Shown here in pieces: positions 1-9,846 of a stretch of 64,000 nt of DNA (position 1 is its first letter; each line of letters begins with the position of its first letter). The position numbers and the translations under genes are program-made. The notes beneath the pieces were generated by a model that searched no databases, was not told the DNA's origin, and saw only the letters and a program-made list of their open reading frames with translations. The stretch lies in the sequence record PZ386977.1. One strand, 5' to 3'. The DNA comes from a phage.

Positions 1-936
1 CTCGGTCTCGTTTTCAAGAGTGAAAATGGTCTCTAAAGGCTTCCACAGTTCTAACAAATTACCTTCAAACTTTTCAGAAGCATAAGCTTCAAGAACTTTC
101 AAAATGTAGTCGGTGCTACCTGTACGTCCTGAAACTTTGAATTGAGTGATACCAATATCATTATAAAGTTTCAAATCTTGAGGACGAACAAAACGAGTTC
201 TCAACCAGTTAAATGGGTCTGTATCACGAGCTTTAATACAGTGCTGCATTGGATATCCGTTTAAGGATTTAGCATCATCAGCTGTAACATCAGTACTATG
301 GAAAATATAGCAAGAGTCACGATAGCTACAATGTGTTGTATACCCTTTACCAGCATTAGAACAGAACTCATTTACAAGAACTTCAAATATTATATTGTTC
401 TTATTGCAAAACTCTGCTGCACGCTTCAGGAAAGAAACTGAACGGTTCTTATGAATTCCGCAACAGACTTTTTTGATGTTATATTGGTCGTGCAAGTATT
501 TGATTTGAGTTACAGCATCGACATGTAGAATTGTTGAAACTTCAATCTCAATGTCTTTATTGACTTCACGAACAATTTCCATAACAACAGGGTTAGCGAT
601 AGTAATACGCCATACGCCTATTGACCAAAGATACTGAACATAATCCTGAATAGCTTTCTTCTTCCACTCGACTAGTTCTCTTTTTGAACCAGGATTTATC
701 GTGTTGAGTGTATAGTTAAAGCAAATACCTAATTCGTTACAACGTTTAACGTAATCTTCTAACATCTTTTTGTCAACGTCAGGAAGCCTAAAATCAGGTC
801 TGGCTGCTACAAAAGCCATTTCTCTTGTAGAGCCATATACTTCGTTTATCAAGCTATTAGGATAGGTTTTATTGAGCTCTACGATTTTATCAAGAAGAGC
901 TAAATCAAAATTCGTTCCGATTTTAAAAGTATTCAT
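1..936 (-). CDS. hypothetical Cys-rich enzyme, 3' end beyond window edge (possibly U32-like TIM-barrel/Fe-S protein; tentative)
   Basis: Minus-strand reading frame from ATG at 936 runs off the window start; translation MNTFKIGTNFDL...; clustered Cys FCSNAGKGYTTHCSYRDSC; absent from ORF track because no stop in window. Confidence 0.35.
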   Translation of the reverse strand, partial: MNTFKIGTNFDLALLDKIVELNKTYPNSLINEVYGSTREMAFVAARPDFRLPDVDKKMLEDYVKRCNELGICFNYTLNTINPGSKRELVEWKKKAIQDYVQYLWSIGVWRITIANPVVMEIVREVNKDIEIEVSTILHVDAVTQIKYLHDQYNIKKVCCGIHKNRSVSFLKRAAEFCNKNNIIFEVLVNEFCSNAGKGYTTHCSYRDSCYIFHSTDVTADDAKSLNGYPMQHCIKARDTDPFNWLRTRFVRPQDLKLYNDIGITQFKVSGRTGSTDYILKVLEAYASEKFEGNLLELWKPLETIFTLENETE

Positions 937-993
937 TTTTTTGCATCTCGCGTTAATTGATGCGATGGTTTTTTGCAGGTCTTACTTAAATTA

Positions 994-1380
994 TTATAGA
1001 TTCGGTTTATATGATTTAAATGTTTCGAATTCGCCTTTATTCATAAGAGCTTTGAATTCGTCAGGACGCATAGCTTTGTCGTCGATAATCCAATCATATA
1101 CTGGTTTATGTGTTAGCAAATTATGGTACTTCAAGCCAATGTTTGCCAAGTTCTGAATCAGACTTGGGAGAATGTCAATTGCTATACGTCCAGGACCTAC
1201 TGACTTCATACCACGAGCAGTGTAAAGCGTTATGGTGTGCCCTGCATCATACAGGGCATTAATGGCGGACACCATTTCGACGTCTGGTTTGAAGTTCACA
1301 TAATCACGATTGTTATTCCATTCCGTGATGCAATCATCGACATCAAAACAAAGATTAAGCATGTTTTCTACACGGTGCAT
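994..1380 (-). CDS. HAD-superfamily phosphatase-like protein
   Basis: FDVDDCIT (motif I-like) and WIIDDK (motif IV-like); ATG at 1380 overlaps upstream stop (TAATG); track ORF 994..1395. Confidence 0.5.
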   Translation of the reverse strand: MHRVENMLNLCFDVDDCITEWNNNRDYVNFKPDVEMVSAINALYDAGHTITLYTARGMKSVGPGRIAIDILPSLIQNLANIGLKYHNLLTHKPVYDWIIDDKAMRPDEFKALMNKGEFETFKSYKPNL

Positions 1381-3065
1381 TAGATTCGTTCCCATTGATG
1401 AGTGATATCGCCACCGATTGGACGATAGGAAACACCAGTTTCTTTATCAGTTAGTACCCATTTACCAGGATTTTTTGTAATCAGAGTAGCCGTTACAGGT
1501 TCTGCTACGTCATAACTAATAGAGCCATCTTGAAGTACACGGCCCATGTTACGTAATTGCTTAGTCAGAAGTTCCATACCTTTATAATATGCGGCTACCG
1601 CTTTAAGTGGATTATTCTTGAAATAACCACCTAATGCAATCCAGATAATTGCTACTGCCAAATGATGATACTCGTTAAACGAACTCATCTTTCCATATTT
1701 GTAAACTAATGGATTGATGTTAATAGTCACATTACAAGTTGTTTCATCAATAATAAACTGACCCCAGGTCGGATTAGCATTGAATTCATCATAACCTGAA
1801 ACAGCATAAAGCACTTTAGCTTCATCATACAATTTTGGCCCGTAAATCTTGGTTTCACCAAAATATCCACGAGGGTCGATAAACTTGACTTCGCCGTTAT
1901 CAGTAATCATAGTATTACTGAAGTTCGGGTCACCATGAATAACAGAGTACTGTCCCTGAGAACGGTTATGATAACGAATAAGATGTTCTAAAGCTTGTTT
2001 CAACATTGGCTTCAGACGTCCAATCTTAGTGTAGTTCACGTGTGTGATTTTACCAAATGAATCAATCAATGGCTGAATGCTTTCACAACGATCAATAACT
2101 TTCGTATAGAACTCTTTAGTGAAATCACGGCGAACAGTTTCAGGACTTACAAAATAAGTGTCTGTGCTGAATTTCAGTGCATCTAAAATTGCATCAACAA
2201 TTTGTGGACGAGCAAGACTTGATTTGGATTTAATATATTCAAATGCCGGCTTACCTTTAATACGTTCCATTTCAAAGTTATTTTCATTAACAGAAACTAA
2301 CTGAGGGACTGAATCTGATTTCACTTTCAAATACCATGAAATCTCATCTTTCTGAAGAGCTCGACCCTGTTCGGTTAATGCGAATTTAGTTACAGTTTCT
2401 TCACCAATTTCAACTGCATTAAAACTACGATTAAGTTCACGAACTTCATGAGCTTTTTCAAGTTTAGGCATATCACCTAAATCAATTATATTCATAAGCT
2501 CTGATTTATTGAATGCGCCGCTGTAAAGGAATTCTACGAAATCACGTCCTTTGCAGTATTCATGAATTTCCTCATCAGTAGAACCCATATAGAATTCCCA
2601 GTCTTTGAACTGATAAATTCCTACAACATTACCACCTGTTGAACCTACGTTAGTGATATTTTCACCATCGAAATTATATCGACATTCATCACCCTTAACA
2701 TAGATTGCGTTAACATTCCAAGACCATGAACCAAAGTCAGGAATAATATCACACCAGTTAACAATTACGTTATGGCCATCTAAATCTTTGTATAATTTAG
2801 CAAGAGCATAAGCAGAACCATACGCTTCATCAACTGTACGAATAGTCACATTGAACCCTTCTTGCTCGCAATAAGCTCGAACAGTTTCAGCAAATTTTGA
2901 ATGAACTACTACAATAATTTCATCTGCGCCAAGGTCAGAATAAATTGTATACAAATTGCTCAGAATAGTGTCTTGTTTATAGTTAACAAGCACCTTAGGA
3001 ATATGGTGCGTTATTGGATACAAACGAGTTGCCAGTCCAGCACCAAGAATAACAGCTTTTTTCAT
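1380..3065 (-). CDS. bifunctional sugar-1-phosphate nucleotidyltransferase / sugar kinase
   Basis: 561 aa; N-terminal ILGAGLATRLYP nucleotidyltransferase G-loop; C-terminal HGDPNFSN and IDPRG kinase motifs (APH/anomeric-kinase type). Confidence 0.7.
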   Translation of the reverse strand: MKKAVILGAGLATRLYPITHHIPKVLVNYKQDTILSNLYTIYSDLGADEIIVVVHSKFAETVRAYCEQEGFNVTIRTVDEAYGSAYALAKLYKDLDGHNVIVNWCDIIPDFGSWSWNVNAIYVKGDECRYNFDGENITNVGSTGGNVVGIYQFKDWEFYMGSTDEEIHEYCKGRDFVEFLYSGAFNKSELMNIIDLGDMPKLEKAHEVRELNRSFNAVEIGEETVTKFALTEQGRALQKDEISWYLKVKSDSVPQLVSVNENNFEMERIKGKPAFEYIKSKSSLARPQIVDAILDALKFSTDTYFVSPETVRRDFTKEFYTKVIDRCESIQPLIDSFGKITHVNYTKIGRLKPMLKQALEHLIRYHNRSQGQYSVIHGDPNFSNTMITDNGEVKFIDPRGYFGETKIYGPKLYDEAKVLYAVSGYDEFNANPTWGQFIIDETTCNVTININPLVYKYGKMSSFNEYHHLAVAIIWIALGGYFKNNPLKAVAAYYKGMELLTKQLRNMGRVLQDGSISYDVAEPVTATLITKNPGKWVLTDKETGVSYRPIGGDITHQWERI

Positions 3066-3106
3066 GTTGTGGTCCTCATTGGTAAGTAGGTGTATTGTAC
3101 ACTATT

Positions 3107-3250
3107 CTAGTTAAAGCATTCATACTTTGCTTGTAGCCCAATCATAATCCATCCGATTATAAGAGTCGGAATCATTACTGGAGCCGTTAAGCTCCAGTAG
3201 ATAGTCATGACAAGCATCAATAGTAAAAGTCCTATTGTTATTGCTTTCAT
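3107..3250 (-). CDS. small hydrophobic membrane peptide (47 aa)
   Basis: ATG at 3250 overlaps TGA of upstream gene (ATGA); MKAITIGLLLLMLVMTIYWSLTAPVMIPTLIIGWIMIGLQAKYECFN; below ORF-track size cutoff. Confidence 0.35.
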   Translation of the reverse strand: MKAITIGLLLLMLVMTIYWSLTAPVMIPTLIIGWIMIGLQAKYECFN

Positions 3251-3882
3251 TGTTCGCCTCGTAACATGGCACCTAGTGAACCGCCTGGATGGAACTTAAG
3301 GAAGTCATTAGAGGTAAATCCACGTTCAGACGAAAGGTTGATAGCGAACGTATCGATAAGCGCTAACAACAATGTAGTGGACATGGTCGGAGCCAGAGAA
3401 TTCTCATCAACCTCTACCGCGATGCCTGTACAGAACGTATAATCAAAAAGAGCTTCGTATTCTTGCGGAATGTCAGGGTTACAATGTAACAGAATCTGTT
3501 TAACCTGAGGACGAATCATACGAAGATGTTTAGCAACACCTATCATTTCTTCAGTCTTACCAGAACGACTGATGTGAACTAATACATCATTAGGTGCAAT
3601 AAATCCTGCGTCGCCATGAGAATAATGCCCGGTGTTCAAATACATGCTAGGAATACCTAGTGAAGCAAAAGTCTCGGAAGCTTTAGTTGCGATATTAGCG
3701 TTCTTACCAACACCTGTAATAATTACTCGGCTTTCATAATTACTCAGTCCAGGGCGACGAAGAGTTTCAAGAATAGCATTATATCGGGCAGAGTTTTGAC
3801 TAATTACTTTAGCCATAGTGGCAAGAGATGAAGCTTGTTTTACGATTGCGTCAATAGCGATAGTGATTGGTGTAGTTTTCAT
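3247..3882 (-). CDS. SIS-domain sugar-phosphate isomerase (GmhA/KdsD-like)
   Basis: 211 aa; ITGVGKNANIA and HISRSGKTEE SIS-type motifs. Confidence 0.7.
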   Translation of the reverse strand: MKTTPITIAIDAIVKQASSLATMAKVISQNSARYNAILETLRRPGLSNYESRVIITGVGKNANIATKASETFASLGIPSMYLNTGHYSHGDAGFIAPNDVLVHISRSGKTEEMIGVAKHLRMIRPQVKQILLHCNPDIPQEYEALFDYTFCTGIAVEVDENSLAPTMSTTLLLALIDTFAINLSSERGFTSNDFLKFHPGGSLGAMLRGEQ

Positions 3883-3922
3883 ATTTCTCTCATTTAATTA
3901 GTTTACCGTCCATGGCATTATA

Positions 3923-6634
3923 TCAAAAATCGAACATATCGAACAGAGATGCTTTCTTCTCGTAATCGAGTTTCGCTGCTGATGTGAATCCTTCAAGTGG
4001 TTTAATAAATGTCTTCTCAAGGAGAACAGTGTAGTCCATCCAATGAAGTACGTCGTCTTTAATTAAATCTGTGATTTCAGTACCAGAAGGCCATGCGATA
4101 CATTTATCACCGAATGGGTTTCCTTCACGTAAAGGCAGAACATATACCTTTTCGCCTTCTACAACTTGTGGAGCATCAATATTACCTTTGATAGCCCGGT
4201 TATACGTCAGAATTCCACGAATATGGAACGGACATTTTGGACCAGGGAATCCACCTACATCATATTTAGCAATGTTATTCGCAGAAGATACCGACGCGAT
4301 GCTAATATAATTCAATTGACGGAATTCTTTTTCAAACTCTTTAAAATATTCTTGTAATGATTCTTCACCTTCTTGAAGCATACGACGAATACATTCTTTA
4401 AGAGCTTTCTGTACCGCTTTAGGAGTTGAAGATTTCTGTGTTTCGAGACCCATGATTTTGAGTTTAGGCTCAGCGTAACGAGTACCTTCCATATCCCACA
4501 CGTTTAATGCGTAACGTTTCTTACCAGTCCAGAATCCACCAATACCTTTAGAGCCAAGTGGAGGACCAGCGATAGCTTCTCGGTCCATGAACATTAAGTG
4601 TTGTTTATTGTTCATGTATTCACACATTTCACGGAAACCTCTATCAATAGCAGGTTCCATACGTTCACGAGCGAACTTATCTAAGAAGTCCACCCAATGG
4701 TTGGTATCACGGAATTTAGATTCACCAACCTTATCAATAATTTTATCAGCAGATACGTAAATAGAGTCTGTATCACCATATAGAACGAAAGCTTCACCTT
4801 CTGTACCACAAACTTCATTCAGATATTCATTAACTTTACGTTCAATCCACTGTAAAGCCATTTGCCCGAATGTTGTGATTGCAGTAGCATTACGCAAATC
4901 ATAATAACGGAACCAAACGTTGCCAAGTGCACCATAAAGTGAGTTGATAAGCAATTTACGGTTAATTTGTGCAGTCATACCTGCAACTTCAGTACGTTGA
5001 GCTCTAAACAACATTTCATTAAGAGATTTAGCAGACAACTTTTTAATCTTTTCTTTAATCTCATCGCTGAAGTCGAAACGATAATCAACATCTAACGGTT
5101 CGTCAACAGAAAGATTAGGATTATGCAATGCCTCTTTAATTATTTCACCATTACGTTGAGCTGCAAGCATGTAACCTTTATGTTCTTTACGTTGATTAAA
5201 GACCTTAGTGATTTCAGTTGGAACTACACCATCACGGTCTTTATAATACATCATGCCATTAGGAGAGCAGCTGTACACATCTGAAGGACGTTCAGCGATT
5301 GCGTTAATATAATCATGCAATGGAGCTACTTTAAACGTTCCTGCTATTGTTTCTGGGCTAATATTCACTTGGCGAATAATACTTGGATACAGAGATGTAA
5401 GGTCGAAACTCATTACATATTTGTATCGATTTGGAATAGGTTCCTTAACAAAAGCGCCAGGATAAGGTTGAACCGGGTGAGAACGACCTTGTGGAATCAC
5501 CTTGTTCTGCTCTTTAAGGCTATTAAAAATAATAGCATCCCATGTTTTAATTGGGCTGAACACAGATTGAATCTGTATCTTAGCATAATAACCCATGTCC
5601 AAACTCAAGTTGATGAACTGGCGCTTAGCATCAATTTGCAATACACGATACACGTCGATGATGTTATAAGAAATATATCGTTGGTGATTGCTTTCACGAA
5701 GCTTAGAAATAGGGCCGTCATATTTCAGTTTACCAACGTTCAATTCAAATTCTGAAATGTAATCCAGAGAATACGACGGTTGATTAGTAAAAGAGAATTT
5801 TTTGTAAAGGTCAATGTAATCAAGAACAGAGATACCGAACAATGTAATGATTTCACGAGAACCATACATGTTTTCGATAACTTTAACACGAGTTTTACGA
5901 TGTGGTGATAAACGTTTCGCAGTAGATTCACCAAAAATATTCTTGATTCTGTTATACACATATGGAATATCAAATGACTCAACGTTCCATCCAGTCAAAA
6001 TGACAGGAGTTTTCTGTTGCCAGAAGTTGAGATATTCCATCAACAATTCTTTTTCGTTATCGAACGGCATATAAATGATTTTATCGATAATTTCAGATGG
6101 AACTTCATCACCACCTTGTTCTTGAAGCTTAGCAGCGATTTCAATAGACCATTCTTCCACATTGCCGTATGGAGAATTCAATAGATCAAATACATAGAAC
6201 CTGTCGTCAATTGAGTCATAATGGGTGATAGCATCAATCGGATGTTTTGCTTGTGACGGCTCAGGGAACCCATCCGGAGATGTTACTTCGATGTCGAAGT
6301 TAGCCACACGAATTTTTGTATGGTCGTATTTGATTTCATAGTTATAAGTGTCAGACAAATACGCCAATTTGAAATCGTCCATGCCAAGTGCTTCAAGTCC
6401 GATATCTTCCATGCGTTTAATCCATTGGGAGGCATCACGCATATTAGCGAACAACTTACGAGTACACGGCTTACCGTAGATATCGAAATATTTCGTGGCC
6501 TGACTTTCTGGACAATGAGCAAACAATGATGGTTTATATTCTACTTCACGAGTACGTTCACGGCCATTAGAATCGATGTAACGTTCAAAAATTGAATCAC
6601 CAATCTGTTCAACCGTTAAGTAAAATTCTTTCAT
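3923..6634 (-). CDS. 43: DNA polymerase, family B (gp43)
   Basis: 903 aa; exo motif FDIEV; polymerase motifs SLYPS, KILINSLYG, YGDTDS, KKRY; N-terminus MKEFYLTVEQIGDSIFERYID matches my recollection of RB69 gp43. Confidence 0.97.
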   Translation of the reverse strand: MKEFYLTVEQIGDSIFERYIDSNGRERTREVEYKPSLFAHCPESQATKYFDIYGKPCTRKLFANMRDASQWIKRMEDIGLEALGMDDFKLAYLSDTYNYEIKYDHTKIRVANFDIEVTSPDGFPEPSQAKHPIDAITHYDSIDDRFYVFDLLNSPYGNVEEWSIEIAAKLQEQGGDEVPSEIIDKIIYMPFDNEKELLMEYLNFWQQKTPVILTGWNVESFDIPYVYNRIKNIFGESTAKRLSPHRKTRVKVIENMYGSREIITLFGISVLDYIDLYKKFSFTNQPSYSLDYISEFELNVGKLKYDGPISKLRESNHQRYISYNIIDVYRVLQIDAKRQFINLSLDMGYYAKIQIQSVFSPIKTWDAIIFNSLKEQNKVIPQGRSHPVQPYPGAFVKEPIPNRYKYVMSFDLTSLYPSIIRQVNISPETIAGTFKVAPLHDYINAIAERPSDVYSCSPNGMMYYKDRDGVVPTEITKVFNQRKEHKGYMLAAQRNGEIIKEALHNPNLSVDEPLDVDYRFDFSDEIKEKIKKLSAKSLNEMLFRAQRTEVAGMTAQINRKLLINSLYGALGNVWFRYYDLRNATAITTFGQMALQWIERKVNEYLNEVCGTEGEAFVLYGDTDSIYVSADKIIDKVGESKFRDTNHWVDFLDKFARERMEPAIDRGFREMCEYMNNKQHLMFMDREAIAGPPLGSKGIGGFWTGKKRYALNVWDMEGTRYAEPKLKIMGLETQKSSTPKAVQKALKECIRRMLQEGEESLQEYFKEFEKEFRQLNYISIASVSSANNIAKYDVGGFPGPKCPFHIRGILTYNRAIKGNIDAPQVVEGEKVYVLPLREGNPFGDKCIAWPSGTEITDLIKDDVLHWMDYTVLLEKTFIKPLEGFTSAAKLDYEKKASLFDMFDF

Positions 6635-6715
6635 TTAATTTCCTTTAGACGAGTTATTGTCTTTTGTTTGTTGATGAACTTATTATACTCCAAATGGGAC
6701 CGGAGTCCCATTGCT

Positions 6716-7084
6716 TTAATTACCAATTGTATATTTTGCTTTCAAAGTCCAGTCATCTTTCTGTTTAAAAGAGATAACACGGAAGTTATTAGTCAGGCCA
6801 AACAGATCTTCACGAGCAGAGTCTTCAATAACAATTAATCCCCAGTCTTCAAGCAACTGAGCAATCGAATCACGTCGCTGATAGTCTTCACCATCAATAT
6901 CAACCTGACGTCCGTCCATACGCAGCATTTCTTTAAAGTGGACGATGTAATATTTACCTTGCTTTTGGAGGATATGACAAGACTGGTAAAGGACTTTATC
7001 TTTGTTATTAGCGATGCCCATACGTGTTAGAGTCTCTTTGACTTTCAGAAAATCTTCAGGGTTCTTCAATTTAATTTCAATCAT
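6716..7084 (-). CDS. regA: translational repressor RegA
   Basis: MIEIKLKNPEDFLKVKETLTRMGIANNKDKVLYQSCHIL matches T4 RegA; start moved to 4th codon of track ORF. Confidence 0.85.
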   Translation of the reverse strand: MIEIKLKNPEDFLKVKETLTRMGIANNKDKVLYQSCHILQKQGKYYIVHFKEMLRMDGRQVDIDGEDYQRRDSIAQLLEDWGLIVIEDSAREDLFGLTNNFRVISFKQKDDWTLKAKYTIGN

Positions 7085-7086
7085 TT

Positions 7087-7650
7087 TTACCATTCCAATG
7101 CTAATTTTTTAAATTGTTTTTGTTCTTTTACGTTTTTAGTAACTTCTTTGAGAAATTCATCAGTGACCATGGCCTTCAGTTCTTTAAGGACTATTGGCAA
7201 CTTGTTATTTTTTTCAAGGAGCCGCTTATACTCGGTAGCATCATTCATGTTGATTGTGTAATGTTTCATCAACAGTTTGATAACTAGTAACTCTGAAGTG
7301 TCTTCGACTAGTTTAGCCCATTTAGAGAATCGACGACCACGAGGAATTGCCGCCATCATATAGTTGAAGTGCGCTTCATCACTTAATTCAGAACCGACTA
7401 AGTTCATCATGTAAACGGCTGGCATACATTCTGGGAACTGGGATAATGAGTTCTCAACCATAAATTTTGAGTAGTCGACCTGAGCAATTGACATAGATTT
7501 CTTTTCATTAATAGCATTAATGATTTTAAAGAATTCATTCTCAGGTTTTTCTTTAAACATATCAGCACATTTTTGAATCGCATCAGCGTCATTAGACTTC
7601 CATGCAATTTGGTGCTCGTTAAGCTGGACGTCATCATCGAATAAGTTCAT
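7087..7650 (-). CDS. 62: clamp-loader small subunit gp62
   Basis: 187 aa, position between regA and 44 as in T4. Confidence 0.85.
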   Translation of the reverse strand: MNLFDDDVQLNEHQIAWKSNDADAIQKCADMFKEKPENEFFKIINAINEKKSMSIAQVDYSKFMVENSLSQFPECMPAVYMMNLVGSELSDEAHFNYMMAAIPRGRRFSKWAKLVEDTSELLVIKLLMKHYTINMNDATEYKRLLEKNNKLPIVLKELKAMVTDEFLKEVTKNVKEQKQFKKLALEW

Positions 7651-7651
7651 A

Positions 7652-8614
7652 TTATTTCCAAGTCAGTTCACAGGTCAGTTGAAGAAGCATATACATAACA
7701 TGTAATTCAATATTACTTGCTAGTCCATGAAACTTATTATTTTCGCCTGCAATTTCGTAAAGCGAAATAATACTTTTACCAGGTGCAACTTGGTCATAAC
7801 ATTCTGAAACTAATTTATCGATGAACCACGAATAATCTGCAGCATATTTTGGAGCTAATGCACGAAGCTGTTTGATATCTTTGTTCTTCATTGCTTCGAT
7901 AACATCAGAGACTGTGCCACGGTCATTAGTTACGATAGACAGAATACCTGCATCAAGAACACCTTTAGACGAGTACTGGTCTAATTGACCAATTGTGCGA
8001 CGAAAGTCTGGGAAGTTCTTTTTAACCAGAGCTGCAACAACTTTCATATCAGCGATTTCGATATTTTCGTTCTTACAGATTTCAACCATACGATGAATCA
8101 TTTTCTTCATCATCGAGATTTTATCTTCTTCAGTCGGTCGACCGAATTCGATAACTCGACAACGGCTACGTAATGGTTCAATAATTCCATCAATATTGTT
8201 AGCAGTGATAATAATAGAGCAGTTACTAGAGAATTCTTCCATAAACGTACGAAGGTGACGTTGTGATTCGGCGAGGCCACTACGGTCAAATTCATCAATA
8301 ACAATAACTTTAGGCTTGCCTTCCATTGAGACTGAACGAGCGAATGCAGTTAACGGACCACGCACAAAATCAATCTTACAATCAGAACCGTTGACGAACA
8401 TCATTTCGGCATTGATATCATTACATAATGCTTTTGCTACGGTTGTTTTACCGGTACCAGGAGAAGGAGAGTGCAAAATAATATGAGGAAGTTTTCCTTT
8501 AGATACTAAAGACTTGAATGTTTCATGGTCATACGCAGGCAGAATACATTCGTCAATGGAAGAAGGACGATATTTCTGTTCTAGAATGTGTTCTTTGGAA
8601 TTGATAGTAATCAT
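7652..8614 (-). CDS. 44: clamp-loader ATPase gp44
   Basis: 320 aa; Walker [19 protein letters not shown] motif; T4 gp44-like N-terminus [17 protein letters not shown]. Confidence 0.95.
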   Translation of the reverse strand: MITINSKEHILEQKYRPSSIDECILPAYDHETFKSLVSKGKLPHIILHSPSPGTGKTTVAKALCNDINAEMMFVNGSDCKIDFVRGPLTAFARSVSMEGKPKVIVIDEFDRSGLAESQRHLRTFMEEFSSNCSIIITANNIDGIIEPLRSRCRVIEFGRPTEEDKISMMKKMIHRMVEICKNENIEIADMKVVAALVKKNFPDFRRTIGQLDQYSSKGVLDAGILSIVTNDRGTVSDVIEAMKNKDIKQLRALAPKYAADYSWFIDKLVSECYDQVAPGKSIISLYEIAGENNKFHGLASNIELHVMYMLLQLTCELTWK

Positions 8615-8689
8615 GTAATTTTCCTCATTATCATTAATCTGGAGGATTTCTCCTCCATAATCGTACTACATTAAACGTAAAGCTTTGAC

Positions 8690-9376
8690 TTAGAAGTCGT
8701 GAGTAGAATCGGCTTCCATTGCAATAACATAACTTACTTGAGAGCTTTCAAACTTGGCTGCAACTTTATCACCAGCTCCCCACAACATTACTTTATAGTT
8801 ACCTGGCTGGATTTTCATATTAGCCATATTGATTACGAAGTTAAAGTTATTAGAACCATCATAATCGGTAAGAGTCAAAGAATACTTAGGACGAGTCAAG
8901 CCAGAATCTTCAACTTTATTGTAACCATTGATAACAATTTTACCATCTTTATTTGTAATAGCAATTGTATCAATCTGGAGACCACGTGAAACTCGAAGCA
9001 ATTGTTGAAGGTCTTCAGCTTTAATTTCAGTAATCACAGAAGCCACTGGGAATTGAATTGGCTTATTAGGAAAAACAATGGTGCTCTTGTCGGCAGCAGG
9101 CCAATAAACTGTGGAACGTGTATCTGCAATTTTAATATTGCCGTCAGTGTGCATTGAAATTTCAGCATCATCAGACACTAGACTCAAAATGCTTAAGAAG
9201 CTATTCAAATCATAAAGTGCTACGTCAAAATCAATTTCATCAGAGATATTTGCTTCCGCATAAGTGGTGCCATTAACTGCACGAGTCATAATAAATTTAC
9301 CTTGACTCAACAGAATGCCGGAGTTAATAGAGGCAAAGTTTTTCAGAATAGCGATAGTATCTTTAGACAGTTTCAT
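8690..9376 (-). CDS. 45: sliding clamp gp45
   Basis: MKLSKDTIAILKNFASINSGILL; 228 aa from internal ATG, T4 gp45-like. Confidence 0.9.
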   Translation of the reverse strand: MKLSKDTIAILKNFASINSGILLSQGKFIMTRAVNGTTYAEANISDEIDFDVALYDLNSFLSILSLVSDDAEISMHTDGNIKIADTRSTVYWPAADKSTIVFPNKPIQFPVASVITEIKAEDLQQLLRVSRGLQIDTIAITNKDGKIVINGYNKVEDSGLTRPKYSLTLTDYDGSNNFNFVINMANMKIQPGNYKVMLWGAGDKVAAKFESSQVSYVIAMEADSTHDF

Positions 9377-9417
9377 TTTATTTCCTTTCAAGACAATTCA
9401 AAGTTTAAAAAAATTTA

Positions 9418-9834
9418 TTATGCAGCAACCATCTGCTTTTTAATAGCTTCAGGCAGTGATTCAATATATTCTGGAATTTTAGAAGCAACAATTTCGCCAG
9501 CTGCAATTAGTTGTTCGTCGGCATCAACACAATAGAAATCTTCCAGGCGCTCAGAACCATCTTTATCAAGAACGATTTTTCCACCAGCTTCAATAGAATC
9601 TTTATAGTGCTTACGCATCAGATGAATCCACATATCAGATACATCGTTATCAATAAAACCATAAATCATAAAACGAGTTTCTTGTGGCAAAGATTGAAGC
9701 TTTTTAGCACTTGCGTCATCACAATGCAGGACCCATGCTTTACGAACACGATTATGGTTATGCGGGTTAGCGTCAGTACGGATAGAAGTAACTTTCAGAT
9801 CAGCAGCAGTGAAACCTTTAGCAGTAGTAAACAT
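9418..9834 (-). CDS. rpbA: RNA polymerase binding protein RpbA-like
   Basis: 138-aa ORF in rpbA position between 45 and 46. Confidence 0.55.
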   Translation of the reverse strand: MFTTAKGFTAADLKVTSIRTDANPHNHNRVRKAWVLHCDDASAKKLQSLPQETRFMIYGFIDNDVSDMWIHLMRKHYKDSIEAGGKIVLDKDGSERLEDFYCVDADEQLIAAGEIVASKIPEYIESLPEAIKKQMVAA

Positions 9835-9846
9835 ATTATTTCTCTC

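Noticed and set aside
872-1156. 94-aa plus-strand ORF
   Set aside because: Lies antisense across the junction of two well-supported minus-strand genes; no SD; low-complexity translation
4071-6529. Several plus-strand ORFs (63-146 aa) inside the gene 43 region
   Set aside because: Antisense shadows within a conserved 903-aa polymerase frame
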